Positions 1-8,867 of a stretch of 64,000 nucleotides of DNA are shown here, one piece after another. This DNA comes from Candidatus Binatia bacterium. GTDB lineage: Bacteria > Desulfobacterota > Binatia > HRBIN30. Each line of letters opens with the position of its first letter. Position 1 is the stretch's first letter. The DNA lies in NCBI GenBank assembly GCA_038245295.1, contig JBBRSP010000004.1, positions 256,001 through 320,000 on the forward strand, read 5' to 3'. Made by a program: the position numbers and the translations under genes. The notes beneath the pieces were generated by a model. That model worked only from the letters and a program-made list of their open reading frames with translations, was not told the DNA's origin and did no database searches.

Positions 1-2
1 AT

Positions 3-944
3 CGCAACTCCTACCGCGTCTGGGTCGCCGAGGTGATGCTGCAACAAACACGCATCGCCGTCGTCATTCCCGCCTTCGAGCGTTTCATCGCAGCCTTTCC
101 GTCGATCGCCGTTCTTGCAAGCGCCGACGAGGAGCTCGTGTTGTCGCTGTGGTCCGGGCTCGGATACTACTCGCGAGCCCGCGCTCTACACCGCGCCGCG
201 CGCCTACGGCACGGCGACGGTGCAGTCAATTTTCCGGACTCGTACGACGATGCACGCGCTTTGCCCGGAGTCGGCGGCTACACAGCCGCCGCCGTGTTAT
301 CGATTGCCTATGGGCAACCGTACGCCGCCGTCGATGGCAACGTCGTGCGTGTTCTGTCGCGTCTGTTTCGCACGGCCGAATCGGCCGTCGCGCCCTACGA
401 AGCGATGGCCCAGCGGCTACTCGATCGGCGCCGGCCGGGTGATTGGAACCAGGCGGTCATGGAGCTCGGCGAAACCATCTGCCTGCCGAAGACCCCACTC
501 TGCGCGCAATGCCCGCTGGCCCGGTTCTGCCTGGCGCATCAGTTCGGAGAGACCGATCGGTTCCCCCCACCTCGGGCGCGTCTGCCGCGCCAGAAACTTG
601 CGCTGCGCGTGTCGTTGCTGCGCGACTCGGCGGGTCGCCTGCTACTGCAACGCGGCCAGTTTCCATATCTCCCGCATCTATGGCTGCCGCCGATCGCGGT
701 GTTGTCGCAGGGCCCAACACGCGTCGACTTTCGTCACGCGATCTTGCATCGCGACTTCGAAGTCGAGGTGTTCACCGGTCGTCTCGGAAAACCGCACCGA
801 GCACTGCTCGGACAGGACAATGTGCGGCTGGTCGGGCCTGCAGAACTGCACAACCTCGGCCGCTCGTCGTTGCTGACCAAGGCGCTACGCCACGCGGATG
901 CAACCAACCACCCACCACGGAGACTCGGAGACGCAGAGAACTGA
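3..944 (+). CDS. mutY: A/G-specific adenine glycosylase (5'-truncated by window edge)
   Basis: Frame open from base 3 (RNSYRVWVAEVMLQQT); WSGLGYYSRA, HhH LPGVGGYTA, VDGNVVRV and the Fe-S motif C-x6-C-x2-C-x5-C. Confidence 0.95.
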   Translation, partial: RNSYRVWVAEVMLQQTRIAVVIPAFERFIAAFPSIAVLASADEELVLSLWSGLGYYSRARALHRAARLRHGDGAVNFPDSYDDARALPGVGGYTAAAVLSIAYGQPYAAVDGNVVRVLSRLFRTAESAVAPYEAMAQRLLDRRRPGDWNQAVMELGETICLPKTPLCAQCPLARFCLAHQFGETDRFPPPRARLPRQKLALRVSLLRDSAGRLLLQRGQFPYLPHLWLPPIAVLSQGPTRVDFRHAILHRDFEVEVFTGRLGKPHRALLGQDNVRLVGPAELHNLGRSSLLTKALRHADATNHPPRRLGDAEN

Positions 945-1004
945 GGAGTTTCAGTGGTTTTCGAGAAATGCCGGGCTCCGTTCTTCTCCGAGCCTCCGTG
1001 GTGA
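912..1004. repeat. Inverted short-unit intergenic repeat (CACCACGGAGAC.../...CTCCGTGGTG family)
   Basis: ACCACGGAGACTCGGAG near 914 and CTCCGAGCCTCCGTGGTG near 986 are imperfect reverse complements, between convergent genes. Confidence 0.55.
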
Positions 1005-1022
1005 GTCGTTACCAGCGAGGCC

Positions 1023-1484
1023 TCACTCCACTTCCAGAATCATCTCGATCTCGACCGCAATATCGAAGGGCAGCTCCGCCATGCCGACAGCAGAGCGCGT
1101 GTGGCGGCCGGCGTCGCCAAAGACTTCGACCAGAAGGTCCGAGCAGCCGTCGATTACCTGAGGCGTGCGATTGAACCCCGCGGCGCAGTTCACCATCCCG
1201 AATACCTTGATGACCTGGCGCACGCGATCGAGTGTCCCAAGCTCGGCACGCACGGTCGCCAACATCGACAACCCAGTGGCGCGCGCCGCTTGATACGCGT
1301 CGTCGAGCGACACGGTACCACCCACCTTGCCATGCAACGTCCCCGATGCGGTAACCGGGCCGTGCCCGCCGACATACAGAAGATTGCCACTGCGCTTGCA
1401 ACCAAGGTAGTTGGCAACCGGTCGCGAGACAGGCGGCAACACAATGCCACGCTGCTGTAGTGACTCGTCCACTCCGACAGACAT
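1023..1484 (-). CDS. RidA/YjgF family protein
   Basis: PVANY...LYVGGHGP, GMVNCAAGF, HTRSAVGMAELP...VEIE. Start set at the MSVG ATG because the longer track ORF runs into repeats. Confidence 0.9.
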   Translation of the reverse strand: MSVGVDESLQQRGIVLPPVSRPVANYLGCKRSGNLLYVGGHGPVTASGTLHGKVGGTVSLDDAYQAARATGLSMLATVRAELGTLDRVRQVIKVFGMVNCAAGFNRTPQVIDGCSDLLVEVFGDAGRHTRSAVGMAELPFDIAVEIEMILEVE

Positions 1485-1575
1485 TGAAGTGCCCTCCCCG
1501 ACTCTCCCTCTACCTCCAATGTCGTTAAGTTTGCGAGGGTGGGGGCCAATGCAGAGCCTCGTCATACCGGCGGAG

Positions 1576-1898
1576 GAGACTGTCGATTTTCTCTGATTCA
1601 TCGTTTGAAGCAGCGCGAACACCCCGTCATACCGGCGAAAGCCGGTATCTCGCCAGCTTTCGAGGCTTCCAGCACTGGGAGATCCCGGTTTTCGAGTCTG
1701 TCGACTTTCTCTGATTCATCGTTTGAAACTGCGCAAACACCTCCGTCATACCGGCGAAAGCCGGTATCTCCCCAGCATTTTTGGCCTTCCACTCGAGGAG
1801 ATCCCGGCTTTCGCCGGGATGACGTTGCTTCATTTCAGTTTATCGACAGTCTCAAAAGCCGGGATGACGTTGCTTCATTTCAGTTTATCGACAGTCTC
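1576..1898. mobile_element. MITE inserted in a REP hairpin loop, with a nested copy of itself
   Basis: 12-bp terminal IR GAGACTGTCGAT (1576) / ATCGACAGTCTC (1898). GGAG is duplicated at 1572-1575 and 1899-1902. Removal restores the hairpin GTCATACCGGC-GGAG-GCCGGTATCCAG. Confidence 0.8.
1694..1853. mobile_element. Inner nested MITE copy (160 bp)
   Basis: GAGTCTGTCGAC...ATCGACAGTCTC; the body is colinear with the outer element and sits in the loop of the outer copy's GATCCCGG..CCGGGATGAC hairpin. Confidence 0.75.
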
Positions 1899-2036
1899 GG
1901 AGGCCGGTATCCAGAGATGGAACCGAAGCACAGATCGCAGATCGCCCGCGAGTGTGTCGTTTGCACGATGGGCATTCACACGCATGGCCTCTGCGCCCTC
2001 TGCCCCTCTGCGGTGAAGTCTTTTGTCACACTGGAG

Positions 2037-3200
2037 CTAACTCGCCTTCTTGATCTCCTTGGCCTGTTGCTCCTCGGCGTGGCGCGAGATCTGCGTCATG
2101 ATCGCCTGCATGGCGGCGCCGATGAAGGTTTGGCGATTCTCCGCTGCCCAGTCGCGTGATTGCTCCGTGCCTTCGAGCGAGCCCTGGAACTTTGGTGCGA
2201 CGTAGCGCGCGATCAGCTCGTAGCTCTTCATCGTCGCTTCGCGGTCGGCCCATTCATGGGCCATCTGCAGGAAGCAGCCGAAGCCACCCGACTGCTCTTT
2301 GAGGCGCTCGACCTGAGCGATGGCGTCGTTGACGTCGCCGATGACGGCAAGGCCGCTGTTGATCATCGCATCGACGGCATCTTCGATTGGGCCTTCCGGC
2401 GCCAGCGGCAGCGCCGCGACGCGGCGGAAGTAGTCGAGCCAGGCTGCCAGGCCGAACTTCACATTCTCGCGCGCTTTCTCACGCGTCTCGGCAATATGCA
2501 CCGGCGCCACCAGGCGCCAATTGTTGCGGTCGATGGTTTGGCCGTGCTCCGCCGCCTTGCCTTCGCAGATCGCCCAGTTGGCGCCGAGCGCGTTGAACCC
2601 ACCGGTGGTCGTGGCTCCCACCGACAACATGCTGAGACCATACTTGCCGGCGGCGCGCGCACCCGCTGGGGAGACTTGCGACGCGACGGCGATTTCGATG
2701 CCAGGCCGCGAATAGGCGCGTAGCTGCAGGCGTGCGTCACGCAGCTTGAACCATGAGGTCTCCATGTTGACCGTCTCGCCGCGCAGCAACGGCACCAGAG
2801 CGGCGATTGCCTCGTCCATCATGTCGCGCTGCTTCTCGACTTCGATGCCCATCATGAACGCGTCGGACGGCAACGCCCCGGGACCGACGCCGAACATCAC
2901 GCGCCCACGCGTAATATGATCGAGTTGCAGGATGCGATCGGCAACCATCAACGGATGATGGTACGGCAGCGACACGACACCGGTGCCGAAACGAATGTGC
3001 TTGGTGCGCTCGGCCGCGGCGGCAATGAAGATCTCCGGCGACGCGATGATCTCGTAGCCACCCGAGTGATGCTCGCCGATCCAGGCCTCGTCGTACCCCA
3101 GCTTGTCGAGCCACTCGATCAACTCGAAATCGCGGTGCAACGACAGAGTCGGATTGTTGTCGACGGGATGGAACGGGGCCATGAAAATGCCGAAGCGCAT
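2037..3200 (-). CDS. LLM class flavin-dependent monooxygenase (limonene 1,2-monooxygenase-like)
   Basis: MRFGIFMAPFHP, GYDEAWIGEHHSGG, GTGVVSLPYHHP, GVGPGALPSDA. Confidence 0.92.
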   Translation of the reverse strand: MRFGIFMAPFHPVDNNPTLSLHRDFELIEWLDKLGYDEAWIGEHHSGGYEIIASPEIFIAAAAERTKHIRFGTGVVSLPYHHPLMVADRILQLDHITRGRVMFGVGPGALPSDAFMMGIEVEKQRDMMDEAIAALVPLLRGETVNMETSWFKLRDARLQLRAYSRPGIEIAVASQVSPAGARAAGKYGLSMLSVGATTTGGFNALGANWAICEGKAAEHGQTIDRNNWRLVAPVHIAETREKARENVKFGLAAWLDYFRRVAALPLAPEGPIEDAVDAMINSGLAVIGDVNDAIAQVERLKEQSGGFGCFLQMAHEWADREATMKSYELIARYVAPKFQGSLEGTEQSRDWAAENRQTFIGAAMQAIMTQISRHAEEQQAKEIKKAS

Positions 3201-3374
3201 TCGAAATCTCCTTTGTACGAGCTTCGGTCTTGTAAGGGGCAACCTCGGCTAGAGCAAGGGTGGGCGCCTCCAGGATTGCTGCCCCCAGGCCGCTTAGCGG
3301 AGTACGCCGCAGGCCAAGGCCTGCGGCAGCTCAGCGTAGCGAGCAGACGCCGCCGAAAAGCAGCGACTCAAACG

Positions 3375-3509
3375 TCAGCCCATAAAGAACGCGTCCAACT
3401 TGTTGCCGTCCAGGTCGCGGAAATAGCCCGCATAAAACCCATCGCCGCGCGGCCCCGGCGCGCCTTCGTCCTTGCCGCCGAGCTCCAGCGCTTTAAGGAG
3501 GATCGAATC
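3375..3509 (-). pseudogene. C-terminal remnant of a VOC/glyoxalase family gene
   Basis: Reads KALELGGKDEGAPGPRGDGFYAGYFRDLDGNKLDAFFMG-stop, with no start codon. Lies in frame directly after the GST TGA. Confidence 0.8.
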
Positions 3510-4136
3510 TCACGCCGCTGCACTCGGGCGCGCGGATACACGTTCATGCCAGACCTGGAGCGCCGCGCATTCCGCGGGAATCGCGATGTCGATGAACTTG
3601 GCGAAATCGAGAATGGTAAGGGCGACGATGTCGGCCATCGTATAGGTCTCGCCGACGATGAACGAGCCGTGAACGATCTCGCGGTCGAGCCAACGCATCA
3701 TCTCGACGCAGCGGCGCTTATTGTCCTCGCCCCAATCTTTGTAACGCGTCACGCCGGCCGCCTTGGTCCATTCGACCGTCAGCGGATGCAGGTTGATCCA
3801 CACCTGACCGAGCGGCACACCAACCCGCAAGTCGAGGCGCCGGATCCACATGTCGACATGCGCCTGCTCGACCGCGGTGCGGCCGAACAACGGCGGCTGC
3901 GGGTGCAACGCTTCGAAGTAGCGACAGATCGCCACACTCTCCGAGATCGTCGTGCCGTCGTCGAGCTCGAGCACCGGCAACTGGCCGAGCGAGTTCTTGG
4001 CGAGGAACTCCTGCGTCTTGTGCTCGCGCTTGAAGAGCGACACGTGCACCAACGGCACGGAGATTCCCTTCTCGGCCAGGAAGATGCGCACCCGGCGCGG
4101 GTTCGGAGCCGGATTTGCCTCGTCGTAAAGTTTCAT
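3510..4136 (-). CDS. Glutathione S-transferase family protein
   Basis: APNPRRVRIFLAEKG, NSLGQLPVLELDDG, ISESVAICRY, YTMADI. Confidence 0.95.
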   Translation of the reverse strand: MKLYDEANPAPNPRRVRIFLAEKGISVPLVHVSLFKREHKTQEFLAKNSLGQLPVLELDDGTTISESVAICRYFEALHPQPPLFGRTAVEQAHVDMWIRRLDLRVGVPLGQVWINLHPLTVEWTKAAGVTRYKDWGEDNKRRCVEMMRWLDREIVHGSFIVGETYTMADIVALTILDFAKFIDIAIPAECAALQVWHERVSARPSAAA

Positions 4137-4236
4137 CGTGGCCCAGCGCTATCCGAGCCGCCGGCACGTTGCAAACGCCAGGGTGAGATGGATCCCCGAT
4201 TGCCTGAAGGGCGCCCTTCTCTATCCTGCGGCGCCA

Positions 4237-5124
4237 ATGGCTCAACCCACCGAACGCCGCCTCACCGCCAACGGCCTTCACCTCACGGTCTTCGAATGGC
4301 ATCGCGACAAACGCGACGCCGCCGCACCCATCGTCCTGGCGCACGCCACCGGCTTCCACGCGCGCTGCTGGGATGAAGTGATCCGCCGCCTCGGTGAGCG
4401 CTACATCGTCGCCGTCGACCAGCGCGGCCACGGCCGCAGCGACAAGGTCTACCCGGTGCACTGGCGCGATTTCGGACTCGATCTGGCGGCTGTCGTCGGA
4501 GCGCTCGATCTGCGCGACATCATCGGCGTCGGGCACTCGATGGGCGGCCACGCCACCGTGCAAGCGGCGGCCTATCAGCCGGCGCGCTTTCGGCGCCTGA
4601 TCCTCATCGACCCGGTGATCGCCTCACCTGAGATGTACGCCAGCGGCGGCCCCATCGCGTCGTTGCCCGAGGGCGTGACGCATCCAACCGCGAAGCGACG
4701 CAATCAGTGGACCAGCGCCGACGAAATGTTTGAGCGCTTTGCCGACCGTGTTCCGTTCGCGACGTGGAATCGCCAGGTGCTGCGTGACTACTGCGATTAC
4801 GGTCTGCTGCCGAATCCCGAAGGCCCGGGCCTCGTTCTCGCCTGCCCGCCGGCGTTCGAGGCTGCCGTCTACATGGCCAGCGCCGGGAACGGCGCCGTGT
4901 ATGACAGCGTGCGCGCCGTCAACGTACCGGTCTTTGTCGTGCGCGCCATGGCGCCGCGCGCCGATCGCGACATCATGGACTTCCGCTATTCGCCGACCTG
5001 GCCCGAGCTCGCCAAGCAGTTCCGTCACGGTCGCGAGCTGCATCTCCCCGAGCGCACCCACTTCCTACCGATGGAAGATCCGGGGATGGTCGCAGAGTTG
5101 ATCAACGAACCCAGCGCGTCCTAG
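4237..5124 (+). CDS. Alpha/beta hydrolase
   Basis: HATGFH oxyanion loop, DQRGHGRS, nucleophile GHSMGG, C-terminal THFLPME. Confidence 0.9.
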   Translation: MAQPTERRLTANGLHLTVFEWHRDKRDAAAPIVLAHATGFHARCWDEVIRRLGERYIVAVDQRGHGRSDKVYPVHWRDFGLDLAAVVGALDLRDIIGVGHSMGGHATVQAAAYQPARFRRLILIDPVIASPEMYASGGPIASLPEGVTHPTAKRRNQWTSADEMFERFADRVPFATWNRQVLRDYCDYGLLPNPEGPGLVLACPPAFEAAVYMASAGNGAVYDSVRAVNVPVFVVRAMAPRADRDIMDFRYSPTWPELAKQFRHGRELHLPERTHFLPMEDPGMVAELINEPSAS

Positions 5125-5243
5125 AGAAGCCCGAGCCAACCCGAACCCTGCACCCCGCACCCCGCACCCAAAAGGTTCTCGCCCGGTTGTGCCTAAAAGC
5201 GAAAAGGGACCGGCCGTCTCCAGCCGATCCCTTCTTGTTGGAC

Positions 5244-5789
5244 TCAATCCATACCCAACAGCTGCCGCCCCTCGGGCGAGATCATCTGCGGGTTCCATGG
5301 TGGATCCCAGACGATATCGACTTCGGCATCTTCGACACCGGCGACACCAAGGATCTTCTGGCGCGCGTCCTGGGCGATGACGCCGCCCATGCCGCAGCCA
5401 GGAGCCGTGAGGGTCATCTTGACCTCGACCCGGTTGCCGCCTTCGGTGCCGGCGAGCACCTGCATGTCGTAGACAAGACCGAGATCGACGATGTTCACCG
5501 GGATCTCCGGGTCGTAGACGGTCTTCAGTTGGGTCCACACCTGCGACTCGACGTCACCCGATTCCGCTTCGGCGCTCTGGTCACCCGGCTCGATCTCCTT
5601 GCCGATCGCGTCGGCATTGAGACGATCGATACGGTAGAGACCGCCGAGGGTGGTGACACGCAGCGTATAGGTGCCACCGAGCGACTGGGTGATGTAGGCC
5701 TGCGTGCCTTTGGTCAGAGTGACCTTGTGGCCGGCAGGGATTTCCACCGCATCGCAATCGCGCTGTAGTTCTACTTGTTCACCGCTCAT
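5244..5789 (-). CDS. sufT: Putative Fe-S cluster assembly protein SufT (DUF59/PaaD-like)
   Basis: ITQSLGGTYT N-domain; VYDPEIPVNIVDLGLVY, MTLTAPGCGMG, VWDPPW. Confidence 0.9.
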   Translation of the reverse strand: MSGEQVELQRDCDAVEIPAGHKVTLTKGTQAYITQSLGGTYTLRVTTLGGLYRIDRLNADAIGKEIEPGDQSAEAESGDVESQVWTQLKTVYDPEIPVNIVDLGLVYDMQVLAGTEGGNRVEVKMTLTAPGCGMGGVIAQDARQKILGVAGVEDAEVDIVWDPPWNPQMISPEGRQLLGMD

Positions 5790-5867
5790 AGGAGCCTCCG
5801 CTCATTGGCGCACGATCGATACCGCGCCACTCGCGAATGTAGCCGATGAAGTCGTGGCGACAAGGCG

Positions 5868-6068
5868 TCAGATGTTCTTCGCCTTGGGTGGGGCATTACG
5901 CTTCCACCACGGTGCGCCGACCTGCTCGTACTTGGCGGCGGTCTTGGTCGCCGGCTTGCGGGCGGCGGGCTTGGCGGCCTTGATGGATGACTTCTTGGCG
6001 GGAGCCTTCTTGGCAGCCGCCTGCTTGGCAGGCGCTTTCTTCGCAGATGACTTCTTCGCGACGGGCAT
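5868..6068 (-). CDS. Small Lys/Ala-rich basic (histone H1-like) protein
   Basis: MPVAKKSSAKKAPAKQAAAKKAPAKK repeats followed by a YEQVGAPWWK tail. Confidence 0.65.
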   Translation of the reverse strand: MPVAKKSSAKKAPAKQAAAKKAPAKKSSIKAAKPAARKPATKTAAKYEQVGAPWWKRNAPPKAKNI

Positions 6069-6177
6069 ACGTTCTCGAACCTCCAGTAAGATGTTGTGCT
6101 GAGACAACCCAGCGGCCGCATACATCACTGGAACGCAGCGGCACTGCAAGGCCTTCTCTCAAGGTTGAGCCCATCAC

Positions 6178-6273
6178 CTCCTGCCTGTTGCCTGTTGCCT
6201 CTGCCCGCTGCCGAACTGCACTGTCGGGAAGCCTGAGGCAAGAGGCAGAAGGCACAAGGCAAAAGGCAACAGG
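6178..6273. repeat. Heptamer (TGCCTNN/NNAGGCA) inverted tandem repeat
   Basis: CTGCCTGTTGCCTGTTGCCTCTGCC followed by AGGCAAGAGGCAGAAGGCACAAGGCAAAAGGCAACAGG; the same family recurs at about 17716-17778. Confidence 0.7.
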
Positions 6274-6293
6274 TAGAAGGGCTAGGAAGTCCG

Positions 6294-7364
6294 CTAGGGC
6301 CACGGATACTCCACCAGCAGCGCCACAAACCGCGCCGTGTTCAATCCGTAGCGTCGAGTGATCGTATCCAGGATACGATCGAGCGCCTGGCCCGGCCCGA
6401 CGTCAACCGGCACGGGAATCTCTGTTGCCGGCGCCGCGTCGGGCTGGCGATCCGGAACAATCGTCAGACCGCGTTTGCTGCGGATCGTAGCACCGCGGCC
6501 GACCGTGTAGGCGCTCGTGCGATAGGTACGCCCAAGCGCGTCGACGGTGAAGCTCAAGCTGATCTCATCGACGTTCGTGTCGATTGGCACAGCGACAGAT
6601 TCCCAGCGCCAGAACTGCAACCAGTTTGAAGCGGCGGTGGCGACATGACGCGCCGTCAAGTGGAAGTCGGCGCTGTGGTGAGCGGCAGACCAGCTCGACA
6701 CACCGAGCTCGTGAGCCAGAGCCGTGGCGCGCTCGCGGCCGGCGATCCGTTCGACCAGGGCAAGCGAGACAGGTAACGACGCGGTGACACCCGTGGTGGT
6801 GATCAGATGATCGTCCTCGACATAACGCCGGTCGTTGATCCATTGGGTGTGCGGATACTGCTTGGCCAGACTGCTGCGTGAATACCAATGGCCGGTGGCG
6901 GAGCGATTCTCGAGCAACCCGGCTTTGCCAACCACCCAGGCACCGTCACAGATGCCGACCGTGGTCGCATGAAGGGCGGCTTGCTTTTGCAGCCAGGCGA
7001 TCAAGACCGGATTGTCGGCATGATGCATGGCGGGAACGATCACGTAGTCGGCACCGCCGGGATGTTTGGCATCGAAGGAGTCGATTGTCTCCTTGGCGAC
7101 GATGGTCAGGCCCGGCATCAGGATCAGCGGCCCGGCATGCACCGAGACGTCAACGACGTCGGCAACACCAGACGCGGTCAGCACGCCATAGGGAATGATG
7201 AAGTCGGTGGTCTCCGTCCCATCGTTGTCGCCAATGATGGCAATCAGGGGCCGATGTGCGCCGCCGACGTCCTGCGCCCGAACCGAATGGCCGAGGCAAC
7301 CAAGCAGCAGCGCCGCACCACCAACTGCCGCGCACAAAGAGCGTATCGCTTTCATCGCGATCAT
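6294..7364 (-). CDS. Secreted DJ-1/PfpI family protein
   Basis: Signal peptide; GTETTDFIIPYGVL, GICDGAWV catalytic Cys, ATGHW, TTTGVTAS. Exact start uncertain. Confidence 0.85.
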   Translation of the reverse strand: MIAMKAIRSLCAAVGGAALLLGCLGHSVRAQDVGGAHRPLIAIIGDNDGTETTDFIIPYGVLTASGVADVVDVSVHAGPLILMPGLTIVAKETIDSFDAKHPGGADYVIVPAMHHADNPVLIAWLQKQAALHATTVGICDGAWVVGKAGLLENRSATGHWYSRSSLAKQYPHTQWINDRRYVEDDHLITTTGVTASLPVSLALVERIAGRERATALAHELGVSSWSAAHHSADFHLTARHVATAASNWLQFWRWESVAVPIDTNVDEISLSFTVDALGRTYRTSAYTVGRGATIRSKRGLTIVPDRQPDAAPATEIPVPVDVGPGQALDRILDTITRRYGLNTARFVALLVEYPWP

Positions 7365-7488
7365 TCTTACCAGGGCTTCACCCATGTCCGTGAGGACGGC
7401 GTCACGGCAATTCCTGCCATCCACCGACTCCCGCACCCCGTACCCCGCACCCTGTACCCTGCCAGAATTTCGCGCTACTCAGAAACCC

Positions 7489-7713
7489 ATGCGGAACCCC
7501 GGCACCGCGGCCGTGCTGAGCGCCGTCATCCCCGGGCTCGGACAGGTCTACAACGGCAAGATCTGGCGCGGCATCTTCTGGTTCATCGTCACGCCAGGGT
7601 TATGGATCGGCAGCGGCGGCCTACTCGGCTGGCTCTGCCACGTCATCGCCGCCTGGACCGCCTACCAGTACGCCGTCACCAACCCCGATCCGCATGCACC
7701 CGAGCTGAGGTAA
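7489..7713 (+). CDS. Small membrane protein (PGLGQVYNG type, TM2-like)
   Basis: MRNPGTAAVLSAVIPGLGQVYNGKIWRGIFW plus hydrophobic segments. Confidence 0.8.
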   Translation: MRNPGTAAVLSAVIPGLGQVYNGKIWRGIFWFIVTPGLWIGSGGLLGWLCHVIAAWTAYQYAVTNPDPHAPELR

Positions 7714-7874
7714 GCAGTTACGAGGTTGAGCGGTTGGCGATTAGGGGGTGCTGAGCAAACTCGCGAACGGCGCAACCGCGAACCACCGAATGGCCCCCTT
7801 CCCTTGTCACCAACCACAAATCCCGCTAACCACCCGCGACCTCGCGCCCCCGGGCGCTAGTAACTCTAAAGTAC

Positions 7875-7949
7875 GTCCCCGTCGTCTAGCTCGGCCCAGG
7901 ACACCGGCCTTTCACGTCGGCGACACGGGTTCAAATCCCGTCGGGGACA
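7875..7949 (+). tRNA. tRNA-Glu (TTC)
   Basis: Acceptor stem GTCCCCG/CGGGGAC, D loop TAGCTCGG, anticodon loop CT-TTC-AC, T loop GGTTCAAATCC. CCA is not encoded. Confidence 0.95.
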
Positions 7950-8064
7950 CTCCCCCTCAGCCTGAGCCTACGCCTCGCCTTTGCCTTTTGACGGCTCAGG
8001 CTGAAGGCTTGGGCTTGGGCAAGAGGCTTAGGCGCAGGATGATGGGTCAGCCGTTCACCATTCT

Positions 8065-8457
8065 TCACCTCACGTGGTGATCCGCGGCGCCGGCTTTCGG
8101 CGCCGTTTTAGAACCAACACGCCGTTCCACACGAATGGGCACGTTGATCGCGGCGAGCCCTTTCAAAACGACGGGTGGGCGATCGGGAAACTGGGCGACG
8201 ATCCGCAGGTCTCCACCCATCGCTTCGACATAGCCCCGCAGGGTTGAGATCAGCAGATCCGTGCGTTGCTCGAGCCTCGAGATGCCTTCTTGGCCAATAC
8301 CCAGCGACTCGCCGACCCGCTGCTGGGTAAGCTGCTGAGCCTGACGCAGGTCTCGCAGCGACATTTCCTCGGCAATGAGTTCTGCCGCTCGGGTGACAAT
8401 CCTCTGGCGGCGGCGTTTACCGAGAGTGTTCATCTTTTCCTTTAACGTCGTGGGCAT
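8065..8457 (-). CDS. XRE-family HTH antitoxin (HigA-like)
   Basis: LRDLRQAQQLTQQRVGESLGIGQEGISRLEQRTDLLISTLRGYVEAMGG; lies 3 bp downstream of the toxin. Confidence 0.9.
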   Translation of the reverse strand: MPTTLKEKMNTLGKRRRQRIVTRAAELIAEEMSLRDLRQAQQLTQQRVGESLGIGQEGISRLEQRTDLLISTLRGYVEAMGGDLRIVAQFPDRPPVVLKGLAAINVPIRVERRVGSKTAPKAGAADHHVR

Positions 8458-8460
8458 CGT

Positions 8461-8823
8461 TCACTTCCTCTCTTGTTTGAGCCGTGCCAGATGGTCATCG
8501 AAACGCTTGTCGGCCTTCTGGGTCAGTTGGCGGTAGAAACGTTTCTGGCTCCCGCCCGACTTGTCACCACAGACCAGCAAGATGGCCTTACGCTTCGGAT
8601 CGAATGCAAAGGCAACACGCCAGACGCCGCCAGAGGCATCAAATCGCAGTTCCTTCATGTTTGCGTGATACGATCCGTTGAGCGTATCAACGCGTGGCCT
8701 ACCCAAGGTTGGCCCGAACTGCTCCAGGAGTTTGGCATGCGCCAAAAGTTCGTCCTGGACGGACTCCTCGAACTCGTCGAATTCTGGCTCGAACGCTGGA
8801 TCGAAGAGGACAGTCCACGGCAC
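8461..8823 (-). CDS. Type II toxin, RelE/ParE superfamily (HigB/Gp49-like)
   Basis: GPTLGRPRVDTLNGS, MKELRF, WRVAFAFDPKRKAILLVCGDKSG; toxin-first gene order. Confidence 0.9.
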   Translation of the reverse strand: MPWTVLFDPAFEPEFDEFEESVQDELLAHAKLLEQFGPTLGRPRVDTLNGSYHANMKELRFDASGGVWRVAFAFDPKRKAILLVCGDKSGGSQKRFYRQLTQKADKRFDDHLARLKQERK

Positions 8824-8845
8824 CGGTCATACATGCCTCTGAATA

Positions 8846-8867
8846 CATATGCTGTCAACTGCATATG
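8846..8867 (-). promoter_or_regulatory. TA operon promoter/operator: TTGACA -35 inside an inverted repeat
   Basis: CATATGC-TGTCAACT-GCATATG. The minus-strand TTGACA at 8858-8853 is embedded in the 7-bp IR, about 30 bp upstream of the toxin start. Confidence 0.6.

Noticed and set aside
1539..2159. 206-aa ORF with internal repeats
   Set aside because: It is a translation of the nested MITE/REP block.
3280..3345. Hairpin GCCGCAGGCC-AA-GGCCTGCGGC after the VOC stub as an integron attC site
   Set aside because: No RYYYAAC/GTTRRRY core sites and no intI; more likely a REP-like or terminator hairpin.
3480..3512. Selenocysteine readthrough at the GST TGA
   Set aside because: The TGA is at the normal GST C-terminus, not a Cys-equivalent position, and no convincing SECIS hairpin follows.
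2916..4376. 486-aa plus-strand ORF (also 13169-14617, 24997-26622, 31231-32598, 56452-57690)
   Set aside because: Antisense shadows of well-supported genes, typical of high-GC DNA; no motifs.
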